Translations under genes and position numbers: made by a program
NCBI RefSeq assembly: GCF_016127575.1
Contig: NZ_CP066018.1
Coordinates: forward strand, 1,560,001 to 1,592,000
Direction: 5' to 3'
Source: Cupriavidus necator
Lineage (GTDB): Bacteria; Pseudomonadota; Gammaproteobacteria; Burkholderiales; Burkholderiaceae
DNA length: 32,000 bases
In this document: positions 7,637-16,833 of the stretch, piece by piece
Numbering within the stretch: position 1 is the first letter of the stretch
Layout of the letters: every line of letters starts with the position of its first letter
The notes under the pieces: generated by a model
Told to the model about the DNA's origin: nothing
The model's input: only the letters and a program-made list of their open reading frames with translations
Database searches by the model: none

Positions 7637-7891
7637 TTACAGCGGCGCGCGATCGGTAGTGGTGTCGTACTTGCCGCCTTCGGTGTAGGTGTCGAACTTG
7701 CCGGTGCGGGCGCCATCGACGTACGGATCGAACTTGCCGGTGCGGGCGCCGTCGGTGTACGGATCGAACTTGGCTACCTTGGCGCCGTCGGTGAACACAT
7801 CGAACTTGCCGTTCTTGGCAAAGGCCGGTGCGGCCGACAGGGCGGCGGCGAGGGTGGCGACAGCGATCAGGGCGTAGCGGTTGGTTTTCAT
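7637..7891 (-). CDS. Small secreted tandem-repeat protein (84 aa), unknown function
   Basis: Signal peptide MKTNRYALIAVATLAAALSAAPAFA. The mature part is built from 12-aa repeats: KFDVFTDGAKVA / KFDPYTDGARTG / KFDPYVDGARTG / KFDTYTEGG / KYDTTTD. Third-codon positions are G/C-rich in this frame. It is divergent from a LysR gene. Confidence 0.75.
   Translation of the reverse strand: MKTNRYALIAVATLAAALSAAPAFAKNGKFDVFTDGAKVAKFDPYTDGARTGKFDPYVDGARTGKFDTYTEGGKYDTTTDRAPL
7664..7826 (-). repeat. 36-bp in-frame tandem repeat, about 4.5 copies
   Basis: Units lie at 7691-7726, 7727-7762 and 7763-7798, with partial units on both sides. Units 1 and 2 differ at 4 of 36 positions. The period is 12 codons of the small secreted protein. 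Confidence 0.85.
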
Positions 7892-8091
7892 GATTCAGGC
7901 TTTCTCTATTGCATGGATGCCTGAGCCGTCACTTCGACGAAAGACTATGTTGCATTGCGGCATCCGATGGCTAGATATTAGGCATTTCCCTCATATCAAT
8001 AAATATCAGGATCCACAATGATTAGTTTTGATTCGAACAATAAAATAGGCTGATTACGTAAGAATTCAGCGCAGAACCGGGAGACTGTGTC

Positions 8092-9039
8092 ATGGATCGC
8101 CTGCAATCGATGCGTGTGTTTTCCAAGGTGGTGGAACTGGGAAGCTTCGCGCGTGCAGCGCAGCAGCTGGAAATGTCCAACGCAGTGGTGACGCGCTACG
8201 TGGCCGACCTGGAGAGCCACCTGGGCACGCGCCTGCTCAACCGCACCACCCGCAGCCTGTCGCTGACCGACGCCGGCGAAACCTACCTGCAGCGCTGCCA
8301 GCAGATCCTGGAAGACGTGGAAGAAGCCGAAAGCGTGGTCACGGCGCGCAGCCAGTCGCTGTCAGGCACGCTGCGGCTGGTCACCCCGGTGATGTTCGGC
8401 CTGCACCTGCTGCCGGAATTGCTGGCGCGCTTCCAGCAGCTGTATCCGGACGTGGTGTTCGACGTGATCCTGTCGGACCGCAACGTCGATATCGTCGAAG
8501 AAGGCCGCGACGTGGCCGTGATGCTGTCCGACCTGGGCCTGGGCTCGCACCTGGTGGCGCGCCCGCTGCTGTCGGCCGAAGTGATCCTGTGCGCATCGCC
8601 GGGCTATGTGGCGGCGCACGCGCCGATCCGCCATGCCCATGAACTCAGCCACCACCGCTGCATTGCCATGCGCCTGCCCAGCGCCGAGCACGAATGGACG
8701 CTGCTGGGCCCGGAAGGCGAGGTGACCGTGCCGATCCGCTCGGGGCTGCTGTGCAGCAATGCCGAGCTGGCCCACCAGGCGGCGCTGGCCGACATGGGCG
8801 TGGCCATGCTGTCGTCCTACCTGGCGCGTCCCAATATCGAATCCGGCAAGCTGGTGCATGTGCTGCCGCAATACCAGCTGCCGCGGCGCGATGTCAGCGT
8901 GGTCTACCCGAGCCGCAAGTTCTTGCCGACCAAGGTGCGCGCCTTTATCGACTTCCTGCTCGAAGAAGGGCAGGTACGCGGCAAGGAAGCGCAGCCGGCG
9001 CCAGCCGCCAGCCACGGCACGCAAGCCGTGCGCACCTGA
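8092..9039 (+). CDS. LysR family transcriptional regulator
   Basis: N-terminal w[66 protein letters not shown], followed by a LysR substrate-binding domain. GGGAGA RBS is present. Confidence 0.95.
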   Translation: MDRLQSMRVFSKVVELGSFARAAQQLEMSNAVVTRYVADLESHLGTRLLNRTTRSLSLTDAGETYLQRCQQILEDVEEAESVVTARSQSLSGTLRLVTPVMFGLHLLPELLARFQQLYPDVVFDVILSDRNVDIVEEGRDVAVMLSDLGLGSHLVARPLLSAEVILCASPGYVAAHAPIRHAHELSHHRCIAMRLPSAEHEWTLLGPEGEVTVPIRSGLLCSNAELAHQAALADMGVAMLSSYLARPNIESGKLVHVLPQYQLPRRDVSVVYPSRKFLPTKVRAFIDFLLEEGQVRGKEAQPAPAASHGTQAVRT

Positions 9040-9067
9040 GCGGCTACCTAGGCCGATCCACCCAAAG

Positions 9068-9096
9068 CAAAACGCCCGGCGATGCCGGGCGTTTTG
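9068..9096. terminator. Bidirectional terminator between convergent LysR and topoisomerase genes
   Basis: 13-bp stem CAAAACGCCCGGC / GCCGGGCGTTTTG with loop GAT. A/T runs flank it on both sides. Confidence 0.8.
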
Positions 9097-9113
9097 CCGT
9101 GACGCGCTGACGC

Positions 9114-11801
9114 TTACTCGCCGGCGGCCGCCGCGCGCGACTTCTTGGCCGCGGCGGTCTTGGCGGGGGCCTTCTTGGCTGCCGCCTTCTTGGCCGGTGC
9201 CTTGGTGGCCGGAGCCTTGGCGGCTGGCGTCTTGGCCGCGGTCTTCGCTGCCGTCTTGGTTGCCGGCGCCGCCTCGGCCGTGCCATTCGATGCCGCCTTG
9301 GCCGTGGTCTTCGCCGCCGTCTTGGCGCCCGCCTTGGGCTCGCGCGCCTCGAACTCGAAGCCGATCTTGCCGTCCGGCTGCTTGACCAGGAAGGCCTTGA
9401 AGTTGCGGCCGGTGCGCGACGACTTGAACCCCGTCAGCAGGTCGGTCTTGCCGTCAGTGAGCAGCTTGCCGATCTGCTCGCGGCTGATTTCCTGCTGCAG
9501 GATGATCTTGCCGGTGGTGAAGTCGCAGCTCTTGGGGCTGGTCGCGCTGTTCTCGCAGACGTACTTCATGCCGTGCTCGAACACCGAGCCGCCGCACTTC
9601 GGACAGGTGCCCACCGGCTCCTGGCCGCTGAAGTCGACCGGCTCGCCGTCGTTGTCGTCGTCGTTCTGGCCGAAGTCGAATTCCATCTTGTAATGGCCTT
9701 CGTCGTCCTTGCCCAGCTTGAGGATGGCGGCGAACGGACGGCCCATCTTGCTGCGGAAACCCTGCAGCGGACCGATTTCCTTCTTCAGCAGCAGTTCTTC
9801 GACCTCATCGATCTCGAACTGGCGCCCGCCCGGGATCTTGCTGATCGAGAACTCGCACGCGGTGCAGGCAAAGCGGCGGTAGTTCTCCTTGACCTGTCCG
9901 CCGCATTGCGGGCACGGCGTGTCCAGCGTGGCGTAGTCGCCCGGGATGGTGTCGCTGTCGTATTCCTTGGCGCGCTTGACGATCTGCTGGGTCATCTGCG
10001 CGATCTCAAGCATGAACTCGTCGCGCTTCAGGCGCCCGCGCTCGATCTGCGAGAGCTTGTGTTCCCACTCGCCGGTCAGCTCGGCCTGCGTCAGTTCCTG
10101 CACGCCCAGGCCGCGCAGCAGCGTCATCAGCTGGAACGCCTTGGCAGTCGGAATCAGTTCGCGGCCTTCGCGCACCAGGTATTTTTCCGTCAGCAGGCCT
10201 TCGATGATGGCCGCGCGCGTCGCCGGCGTGCCCAGGCCCTTGCCGGCCATGGCCTCGCGCAGCGCGTCGTCGTCCACCAGCTTGCCGGCGCCTTCCATCG
10301 CCGACAGCAGCGTGGCTTCGTTGTAGCGCGCGGGCGGCTTGGTGGTCAGGCCGACGCTCTCGACCTTGTCGGTCTTGACCTTCTCGTCCTTGGCCACCGG
10401 CACCAGGTTGGCGGCATCCTTGTCGCCCTGCGCCTCGCGGCCGTAGATCACCAGCCAGCCCGGGTTGACCAGCACCTTGCCTTCGGTCTTGAAGTGGTGG
10501 CCGGCGACTTCCGTGATGCGGGTGGTGACCTGGAACTCGGCCGCCGGGAAGAACACCGCCAGGAAGCGGCGCACTACCAGGTCGTACAGCTTCTGCTCCG
10601 GTTCGGACAGGTTCTTTGGCGCCTGCAGCGTCGGGATGATGGCGAAGTGGTCGCTGATCTTGCTGTTGTCGAAGATCTTCTTGTTCGGCTTGACCCAGCC
10701 CTGCGCCAGAATCTTCTTGGCGTGCGGCAGGTAGTTGGGCGAGCTGTCGGCCAGCATGTCCATGGTCTGCTTGACCGTGTCCAGGTAGTCCTCGGGCAGC
10801 GCGCGCGCATCGGTACGCGGGTAGGTCAGGACCTTGTGCTTTTCATACAGCGCCTGCGCCAGGCCGAGCGTGTTCTTGGCCGAGAAGCCGAAGCGCGAGT
10901 TGGCCTCGCGCTGCAGCGTGGTCAGGTCGAACAGCGCCGGCGACTGCTGCGTCGACGGCTTGGATTCCTCGGTGACGGTGCCCGGCTTGTCGCGGCAGGC
11001 GGCGACGATGCTCTTGGCCTCGGCCTCGCTCCACAGGCGCGATTCGCGCGCCTCGGGATCGAACTCGCTCTTCTTGAACTTGGGGTCGAACCAGCGGCCT
11101 TCATACAGGCCGGCGGCGGCGATGAACTCGGCCCGCACTTCCCAGTAGTCGCGCGGCACGAAGTGCTTGATCTTCTCTTCACGCTCCACCACGATCGACA
11201 GCGTCGGCGTCTGCACGCGGCCCACGGTGGTCAGGAAGAAGCCACCGCCCTTGCTGTTGAAGGCGGTCATGGCGCGGGTGCCGTTGATGCCGACCAGCCA
11301 GTCGGCCTCGGAGCGGCAGCGCGCGGCGTCGGCCAGCGGCAGCATGTCTTCGTCTTCGCGCAGGCTGGCGAAGCCATCGCGGATCGCCTGCTGCGTCATC
11401 GACTGCAGCCACAGCCGGCGCACCGGCTGCTTGGCCTTGGCCTGTTGCGCGATCAGCCGGAAGATCAGTTCGCCTTCGCGTCCCGCGTCACAGGCGTTGA
11501 TCAGGGCGGTGACGTCCTTGCGCTTGATCAGCCGGTTCAGCACCTTCAGGCGCGACTCGGTCTTGGCGATCGGGCGCAGGTCGAAATGCGGCGGGATCAC
11601 CGGCAGGTTGGCGAAGCTCCACTTGCCGCGCTTGACCTCGTATTCGTCCGGCGCGGCGATCTCGACCAGGTGGCCGACGGCGGAGGACAGCACGTAGTCG
11701 TCGCTCTCGAAATACTCGTCGTGCTTGGTAAACCCCCCGAGGGCACGGGCGATATCCGCCGCGACCGACGGTTTTTCCGCGATGATGAGGGCTTTTGACA
11801 T
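9114..11801 (-). CDS. topB: Type IA DNA topoisomerase, topoisomerase III-like, with zinc ribbons and an Ala/Lys/Pro-rich C-terminal tail
   Basis: The start [23 protein letters not shown] has the TOPRIM EKPS motif (TopB-like, unlike the ESPAKA of TopA). Other motifs: [18 protein letters not shown] active-site Tyr, and two Cys4 ribbons (CPQCGG...CTAC, CPKCGG...C..SC). The last ~75 aa are [18 protein letters not shown] repeats. I chose the ATG at 11801 over the track start at 11846. Confidence 0.92.
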   Translation of the reverse strand: MSKALIIAEKPSVAADIARALGGFTKHDEYFESDDYVLSSAVGHLVEIAAPDEYEVKRGKWSFANLPVIPPHFDLRPIAKTESRLKVLNRLIKRKDVTALINACDAGREGELIFRLIAQQAKAKQPVRRLWLQSMTQQAIRDGFASLREDEDMLPLADAARCRSEADWLVGINGTRAMTAFNSKGGGFFLTTVGRVQTPTLSIVVEREEKIKHFVPRDYWEVRAEFIAAAGLYEGRWFDPKFKKSEFDPEARESRLWSEAEAKSIVAACRDKPGTVTEESKPSTQQSPALFDLTTLQREANSRFGFSAKNTLGLAQALYEKHKVLTYPRTDARALPEDYLDTVKQTMDMLADSSPNYLPHAKKILAQGWVKPNKKIFDNSKISDHFAIIPTLQAPKNLSEPEQKLYDLVVRRFLAVFFPAAEFQVTTRITEVAGHHFKTEGKVLVNPGWLVIYGREAQGDKDAANLVPVAKDEKVKTDKVESVGLTTKPPARYNEATLLSAMEGAGKLVDDDALREAMAGKGLGTPATRAAIIEGLLTEKYLVREGRELIPTAKAFQLMTLLRGLGVQELTQAELTGEWEHKLSQIERGRLKRDEFMLEIAQMTQQIVKRAKEYDSDTIPGDYATLDTPCPQCGGQVKENYRRFACTACEFSISKIPGGRQFEIDEVEELLLKKEIGPLQGFRSKMGRPFAAILKLGKDDEGHYKMEFDFGQNDDDNDGEPVDFSGQEPVGTCPKCGGSVFEHGMKYVCENSATSPKSCDFTTGKIILQQEISREQIGKLLTDGKTDLLTGFKSSRTGRNFKAFLVKQPDGKIGFEFEAREPKAGAKTAAKTTAKAASNGTAEAAPATKTAAKTAAKTPAAKAPATKAPAKKAAAKKAPAKTAAAKKSRAAAAGE

Positions 11802-11889
11802 GGGAAGGGTCCTTGCGAGCTGCATCCGGCAACCCGCGAATTGCACTACAAACGAAGTAATCAGAACGCCGGGGGGCTATGAGGCGCCA

Positions 11890-11919
11890 ATAATAAGCGC
11901 GCTTTCAACGGCGGTGCAA
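11890..11919 (-). promoter_or_regulatory. Candidate sigma-70 promoter for the topoisomerase gene
   Basis: On the minus strand: TTGCAC, 18 nt, TATTAT, about 90 nt upstream of the start codon. Identified by sequence match only. Confidence 0.3.
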
Positions 11920-11948
11920 GCAAGCCCCGCCGCCGACCCTGTCGCCGC

Positions 11949-12353
11949 CTAGGCGGCGCTGCTCCCCCCGGCAAGCAACCAGTCCAGCACCTGCGGCACG
12001 TCTTCGGCACTCGCCGGCATCGCCGCACCGCGGCTCAGCATGCGTTCCAGCACCTCGATGTGCGGCAGCAGGGTGCCATAGAACTGGGGCGTGCCGCCCG
12101 ACGCAGGCTGCACCAGCAGCGTCGGGAAATTCTCAATATCGATATCGCCAAGCGCATCCGCGTGCGTCTCGATGTCGATCCAGACGAAGCAATCCTCCGG
12201 ATGGCGCGAGGCCAGCGCGGTCAGCGCCGCCAGGTAGTCCCGGCACGTGCCGCACCACTGCGCGCACAGGCAGGCCACCAGGCGGCCCTGCGGCCGCGCT
12301 GCCAGGCACCCGGCAATGGCGCCTGCGTCACGTTCTGGAAAGTAAACGGTCAT
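11949..12353 (-). CDS. Thioredoxin-fold protein (WCGTC motif)
   Basis: 134 aa starting MTVYFPERD. It has CAQWCGTCRDY (a CxxC redox motif in thioredoxin context) and FPTLLV (the cis-Pro region). G/C-rich third positions. I chose the internal ATG at 12353, because the longer track ORF has an Arg/Ala-rich leader overlapping dprA. Confidence 0.8.
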   Translation of the reverse strand: MTVYFPERDAGAIAGCLAARPQGRLVACLCAQWCGTCRDYLAALTALASRHPEDCFVWIDIETHADALGDIDIENFPTLLVQPASGGTPQFYGTLLPHIEVLERMLSRGAAMPASAEDVPQVLDWLLAGGSSAA

Positions 12354-12421
12354 GGCATCGGAAACATGAGGCGCCCGCGGCACGCGGGCTGCCGGCGATT
12401 GTATCGGTATTGCGCTGCGGC

Positions 12422-13621
12422 TCACCCAAGCCGCCGAAACACGTTTCCCGGTAGACGCTCGGCGTGCCCGGCCAGTTCCAGTTCCAGCAGGCGCGCCGCG
12501 ACGGCTTCCGGCGGCTGGCCGCTGCGCTCGCACAGCGCATCCAGCGTAACCGGATCGTAGCCGAGAGCGGCCAGCAGGGGGTCGGCGTGGCCGGCAAAGT
12601 CAGAAAGATCTGGTTGCTCCGGTACGGACGCGGGAACGCGCGCGGCAGCGGGGCGGGCAGGTGCCGGCAGCAGGTTGATCTCTTCCAGCACATCCTCCAC
12701 GCGCTCCACCAGCTTCGCTCCCTGGCGGATCAGCAGGTGGCAGCCGGCTGACAGCGGCGCGTGGATCGAGCCCGGCACCGCAAATACCTCGCGCCCCAGG
12801 TCGGCCGCCAGCCGTGCGGTGATCAGCGAGCCCGAGCGCGCCGCGGCCTCCACCACCAGCACCCCGCGTGCCAGGGCGGCGATGATACGGTTGCGGCGCG
12901 GGAAGTTGGCGGGCAGGCCCTGCATGCCGAGCGGGAATTCGGTGACGATCGCGCCGCGCGCGGCCACTTCGTGGGCCAGCGCCAGGTTCTCGGCCGGATA
13001 GACCCGGTCGGCCCCCGTACCCGTAACAGCGACGGTACCGCCGCAACCCTGCAGCCCGCCGGCATGGGCGGCGGCATCGACGCCCAGCGCCAGCCCCGAG
13101 ACCACCGCCAGCCCCGACTCGGACAGCGCCCGCCCGAAGGCCTGCGCATCGCGCTTGCCCTGCTCGGTGGCGCCACGCGCGCCGACGATGGCCACCGCAG
13201 GACGCGCCAGCAGCGCGGGATCGCCCTTGATATATAGCAGCGGCGGCGGGTCGGGCAGGTCGAACAGGCGGGCAGGGTAGGCGTCGTCGCCAAACGTGAC
13301 CACGTGGTTGCCGGGCGTGCCGAGCCAGGCGAGGGTGCGTTCGACCAGTGCCGGCAGCCCGGTGCCGGGCCTGGCCAGCACCGCGCGGGCGTGTTTCTTG
13401 GGGACGACGGACGACAGCGCTGCCACGCTCTGCGCCAGGATCTGCTGCGGCAACCCGAATGCGGTCAGCAGCAGGCGCACCGTGACCGGGCCGACCCCGG
13501 GCGCGCAGGCGAGCTGCAGCCACGCCTTCAGCTCGTCGGGATCGCGCGTGGTGAGCTGCCGGGCAGCGCCTGCATGGCAAAGAGAAGCGGCGGCCGCCAG
13601 GGCCGCCTGCGATGTCGCCAA
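12422..13621 (-). CDS. dprA: DNA processing protein DprA (Smf)
   Basis: Rossmann-like DprA core: AIVGARGATEQGKRDAQAFGRALSESGLAVVSGLALGVDAAAHAGGL, RVYPAEN, FPRRNRIIAALARGVLVVEAAARSGSLITARLAADLGREVFAVPGSI. A C-terminal winged-helix-like domain follows. The start codon at 13621 is TTG, 8 nt after the LysM gene stop, so the start is uncertain. Confidence 0.9.
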   Translation of the reverse strand: MATSQAALAAAASLCHAGAARQLTTRDPDELKAWLQLACAPGVGPVTVRLLLTAFGLPQQILAQSVAALSSVVPKKHARAVLARPGTGLPALVERTLAWLGTPGNHVVTFGDDAYPARLFDLPDPPPLLYIKGDPALLARPAVAIVGARGATEQGKRDAQAFGRALSESGLAVVSGLALGVDAAAHAGGLQGCGGTVAVTGTGADRVYPAENLALAHEVAARGAIVTEFPLGMQGLPANFPRRNRIIAALARGVLVVEAAARSGSLITARLAADLGREVFAVPGSIHAPLSAGCHLLIRQGAKLVERVEDVLEEINLLPAPARPAAARVPASVPEQPDLSDFAGHADPLLAALGYDPVTLDALCERSGQPPEAVAARLLELELAGHAERLPGNVFRRLG

Positions 13622-13628
13622 GACCGGC

Positions 13629-14810
13629 TCAGCGCGGCGAGGTCGCCCGGTCGCCGACCGCGATCACGTTGGAGGCGTCGGTGACCAGCGCATACGACAC
13701 CCCCGGGAACACGCGGAAGACAAAGGCCAGGCCGTAGCGCTCGTCGGGCAGGCGGATGGCGCGGTTGCTGTCGGTCTTGTCGGCGACGGTCTCGCCAGTG
13801 CGCGACAGCGCCAGCACATGCCCGGGCTCCACCCCGGCCTGGCTGCCGAGGTTGAGCACCACCACCTGCTTGGCGCCGCCGAACTCGACCCCGCCATAGA
13901 CCTTGGCCACGCGGCCGTCGAGTTGCGTATCGGGCGCGTGCGGCACATAGCGCGCCGCTTCGCGCGCGGGCTGCGGCATCAGCAGCGTGCCCACGCCCAT
14001 TTCCTGCCTGGCCTGCGTGACCTGCATGGTCGAGACCGCATCCGGGCCCTGCGCAGCGCGCGCCAGGCGCACGTTGCCTTCGTATTCGGCCTCGTAGCCG
14101 AGCACGGCATTGGAGACGGGGTCGCGCACCGGGGTGACCGGACGGTAGGCCTGCCAGTCGCTGCCTTGCGGCGCGTCGGCGGGGATGCCGCGCGCGTAGC
14201 CGGTATCGTCGCGGCCAAGGATGACGCGCGACTCGGACACGGCGACGATGCGTGCCGAGGTGGCCAGCGTATCCTGGTCGACCACCAGCGGGCGGATCAG
14301 GAAAGGCTCGATATCGGAAGACGCGATGCTCAGGATGGCGGCGCCGTCGGCGGCGTTGCCGCGTATCTGCGGCGACAGGCGCACCGTGCCGCTGCCGGCG
14401 GGCGTGGTCGACAGCCAGGCGCGGCCGTCGCGCTGGATCAGGTACAGCATCTGTCCCGGATAGATCAGGTGCGGGTTGCGGATCTGTTGCCGGTTCATGC
14501 CCCATAGCTCAGGCCAGCGCCATGGCTGGCGCAGGAAGCGGCCCGAGATCCCCCACAGCGTGTCACCCGTGCGCACGGTGTACTGCGACGGCGCATTGGC
14601 AGCCAGGTCTGAAACGGGGATGCCCTGTTGGGCCGTGCGCTGGGCTTCGGCCTGCTGCGCCGGCGTGACCGTCAGGTCCGCAGCCAGGGCCGGAAGCGCG
14701 GCCGCCGCAGTGATGCCAGCGGCACTCAGCAACGCATAGGCAAGCTTAGGGATGAACGCGTGCAGCCTGCGGCCCGACGCCGCCTGGTGTTCTTTGGTAA
14801 GATCGCGCAT
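13629..14810 (-). CDS. LysM peptidoglycan-binding domain protein, secreted
   Basis: Signal-like segment LAYALLSAAGITAAAALPALA. The LysM motif is YTVRTGDTLWGISGRFLRQPWRWPELWGMNRQQIRNPHLIYPGQMLYL. I chose the ATG at 14810 (MRDLTKEHQ). It sits immediately upstream of dprA and divergent from def. Confidence 0.85.
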   Translation of the reverse strand: MRDLTKEHQAASGRRLHAFIPKLAYALLSAAGITAAAALPALAADLTVTPAQQAEAQRTAQQGIPVSDLAANAPSQYTVRTGDTLWGISGRFLRQPWRWPELWGMNRQQIRNPHLIYPGQMLYLIQRDGRAWLSTTPAGSGTVRLSPQIRGNAADGAAILSIASSDIEPFLIRPLVVDQDTLATSARIVAVSESRVILGRDDTGYARGIPADAPQGSDWQAYRPVTPVRDPVSNAVLGYEAEYEGNVRLARAAQGPDAVSTMQVTQARQEMGVGTLLMPQPAREAARYVPHAPDTQLDGRVAKVYGGVEFGGAKQVVVLNLGSQAGVEPGHVLALSRTGETVADKTDSNRAIRLPDERYGLAFVFRVFPGVSYALVTDASNVIAVGDRATSPR

Positions 14811-14971
14811 TTTCCTGACCGGCCGGTGGTTTCGGCCGGATTGACCCGGGAGAGCGTGCCTGTTTCGGCGCGCCTTGAATTTTTGTACTTGCGCCCCGAT
14901 TCTGCATGTAAACACCCGCCGCCGCAACGCGGCCCGGTTGCCGGCAGCAGCCGGCGTTGCGCCTGAGCATC

Positions 14972-15478
14972 ATGGCAAAACTCGATATCCTGACCTACCC
15001 CGATCCCCGTCTGCACACCGTTGCCAAACCCGTTGCGGCAGTGGACGACCGCATCCGCCAGCTGGTGAAGGACATGGCCGAAACCATGTACGAAGCGCCC
15101 GGCATCGGGCTGGCCGCCACGCAGGTCAACGTGCATGAGCAGGTGGTGGTGATCGACGTCTCGGAAACGCGTGACCAGCTCCAGGTCTTTATCAACCCGG
15201 AGATCGTCTGGGCCAGCGACAACCGAAAGGTGTGGGAAGAGGGCTGCCTGTCGGTGCCCGAGGTCTATGACCGCGTCGAGCGCCCCGACCGGGTGCGCGT
15301 GCGCGCGCTCAACGAGAAGGGCGAGAGCTTCGAGCTCGAAGCAGACGACCTGCTGGCCGTCTGCATCCAGCATGAGATCGATCACCTGCGCGGCAAGGTC
15401 TTTGTCGAATACCTGTCGCCGCTCAAGCTCAACCGCATCAAGAGCAAGCTGCAGAAGCGCGAGCGCACCCGCATGTAA
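14972..15478 (+). CDS. def: Peptide deformylase
   Basis: Starts [15 protein letters not shown]. The three PDF motifs are present: [23 protein letters not shown]. Confidence 0.95.
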   Translation: MAKLDILTYPDPRLHTVAKPVAAVDDRIRQLVKDMAETMYEAPGIGLAATQVNVHEQVVVIDVSETRDQLQVFINPEIVWASDNRKVWEEGCLSVPEVYDRVERPDRVRVRALNEKGESFELEADDLLAVCIQHEIDHLRGKVFVEYLSPLKLNRIKSKLQKRERTRM

Positions 15479-15583
15479 GCGGCGCCCTGCCACAAAGATG
15501 TAACAGCCCGCCCGGATTCCCGCCGCCAGCGCGCGGCACCCGCGCGGGGTCTGTTATCTTTATGACTTCCGAAGAACAAAAGA

Positions 15584-15613
15584 ACCGGCCGCGATAGCGG
15601 CCGGTCCTGTTTC
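15584..15613 (+). terminator. Hairpin between def and fmt, a possible partial terminator or attenuator
   Basis: 9-bp stem ACCGGCCGC / GCGGCCGGT with loop GATA, followed by the weak tail CCTGTTTC. Confidence 0.4.
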
Positions 15614-15630
15614 AGGCCACGGAACCTGCC

Positions 15631-16644
15631 ATGTCCCAAGCCAGACCCCTGCGTGTTGCCTTTGCCGGCACGCCCGAGTTCGCGCGCGTCGCGCTGGAAG
15701 CCATCCACGCCGCCGGTTTTCCCATCGTGGCGGTGCTGACGCAGCCTGACCGCCCCGCCGGCCGCGGCCTGCAGCTGCACGCCAGCCCGGTGAAGCAGTT
15801 CGCCGCCGCCAGCGGCCTTGGGCCAGTGCTGCAGCCGCGCTCGCTGCGCCGCCAGGGCAAGTACCCGGAAGACGCCGCCGCGGCCATCGACGCGCTCGCC
15901 GGCACTGCGCCCGACGTGATGGTGGTGGCCGCCTACGGCCTGATCCTGCCGGCCGAGGTGCTGGCCCTGCCGCGCCTGGGCTGCCTGAATATCCACGGCT
16001 CGCTGCTGCCGCGCTGGCGCGGCGCGGCGCCGATCCACCGCGCCATCGAGGCGGGCGATGCCGAGACCGGCATCACGCTGATGCAGATGGACGAAGGCCT
16101 GGACACCGGCGACATGCTCACGCGCGCGGCCGTGCCGATCGGCCCGGACGACACCACCGGCACGCTGCACGACACGCTGGCCGCGCTGGGCGCGCGCATG
16201 ACCGTGGCAGCGCTGCAGGAGCTCGCCGCCGGCCGCGCGCTGCCCGCCACGCCGCAGCCGGCCGAAGGCGTCACCTACGCCGAGAAGATCGCCAAGGACG
16301 AGGCCCCGCTGGACCTGCGCCGCCCGGCCGCGGCGCTGGCCAACCAGGTGCGCGCGTTCAACCCCTTCCCGGGCGCGACGGTGCAGGTCGGCGATACCGT
16401 GATCAAGTGCTGGCAGGCCGTGCCGCTGGCCGCCGCCAGCAGCCTGCCGCATCCGCCCGGCACAGTGCTGGCGGCCGACGCCGCCGGCGTCCTCATCGCC
16501 TGCGGCGAGGGCAGCGCACTGCAGGTCACCGAGCTGCAGAAGCCGGGCGGGCGCCGCCAGCCGGCGCAGCAGTTCCTGCAGGCCCTGCCGCTGCCGCCGG
16601 GCACGCGCTGCGCGGTACCCGGCAACGGCGCCGCGCAGGCATGA
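15631..16644 (+). CDS. fmt: Methionyl-tRNA formyltransferase
   Basis: [21 protein letters not shown] and [24 protein letters not shown], plus a C-terminal Fmt domain. It follows def. Confidence 0.95.
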   Translation: MSQARPLRVAFAGTPEFARVALEAIHAAGFPIVAVLTQPDRPAGRGLQLHASPVKQFAAASGLGPVLQPRSLRRQGKYPEDAAAAIDALAGTAPDVMVVAAYGLILPAEVLALPRLGCLNIHGSLLPRWRGAAPIHRAIEAGDAETGITLMQMDEGLDTGDMLTRAAVPIGPDDTTGTLHDTLAALGARMTVAALQELAAGRALPATPQPAEGVTYAEKIAKDEAPLDLRRPAAALANQVRAFNPFPGATVQVGDTVIKCWQAVPLAAASSLPHPPGTVLAADAAGVLIACGEGSALQVTELQKPGGRRQPAQQFLQALPLPPGTRCAVPGNGAAQA

Positions 16645-16743
16645 TCGGACGGGCCTTGGCCGCACATGGCGGCATAAGTGCCGGCGGCACCGCCCCGGCC
16701 GGCGCAAGCGGCCACGGCTCCCCCCTGAAACCGTTGAACAGCC

Positions 16744-16772
16744 GTTGAATTTTCGGGTATCGCCCCCTATCT
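16744..16772 (+). promoter_or_regulatory. Sigma-32 (heat shock)-like promoter upstream of htpX
   Basis: GTTGAAT, 12-13 nt, CCCCCTATCT. The consensus is CTTGAAA - N13-17 - CCCCATNT. It lies about 60 nt upstream of the htpX ATG. The CCGTTGAA element is duplicated at 16728-16735 and 16742-16749. Confidence 0.45.
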
Positions 16773-16833
16773 AACGGTCATCGCGTCCGCTTTCCCCCGG
16801 GACGCGGCTCACGATTACACGGAGATCACCGCA

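Noticed and set aside
7353-7716. Track ORFs 7353..7688 (+, 111 aa) and 7387..7716 (-, 109 aa) in the gap between the glycine-zipper and repeat-protein genes.
   Set aside because: Both run through one or two hairpin terminators. Both are Arg/Pro/Ala-rich and lack ribosome binding sites. The minus-strand ORF overlaps the well-supported small secreted protein gene in another frame.
7664-7826. Regular 36-bp repeats, considered as a possible CRISPR array.
   Set aside because: The repeats are directly adjacent with no spacers. They are in frame within a signal-peptide-bearing ORF and correspond to a 12-aa protein repeat. No cas genes are present in the window.
9573-11798. 741-aa plus-strand ORF, and several smaller ones, opposite the topoisomerase gene.
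   Set aside because: It is a shadow ORF antisense to a well-supported gene. Its composition is Leu/Arg/Ala/Gly/Val/Asp-rich, with no recognisable motifs.
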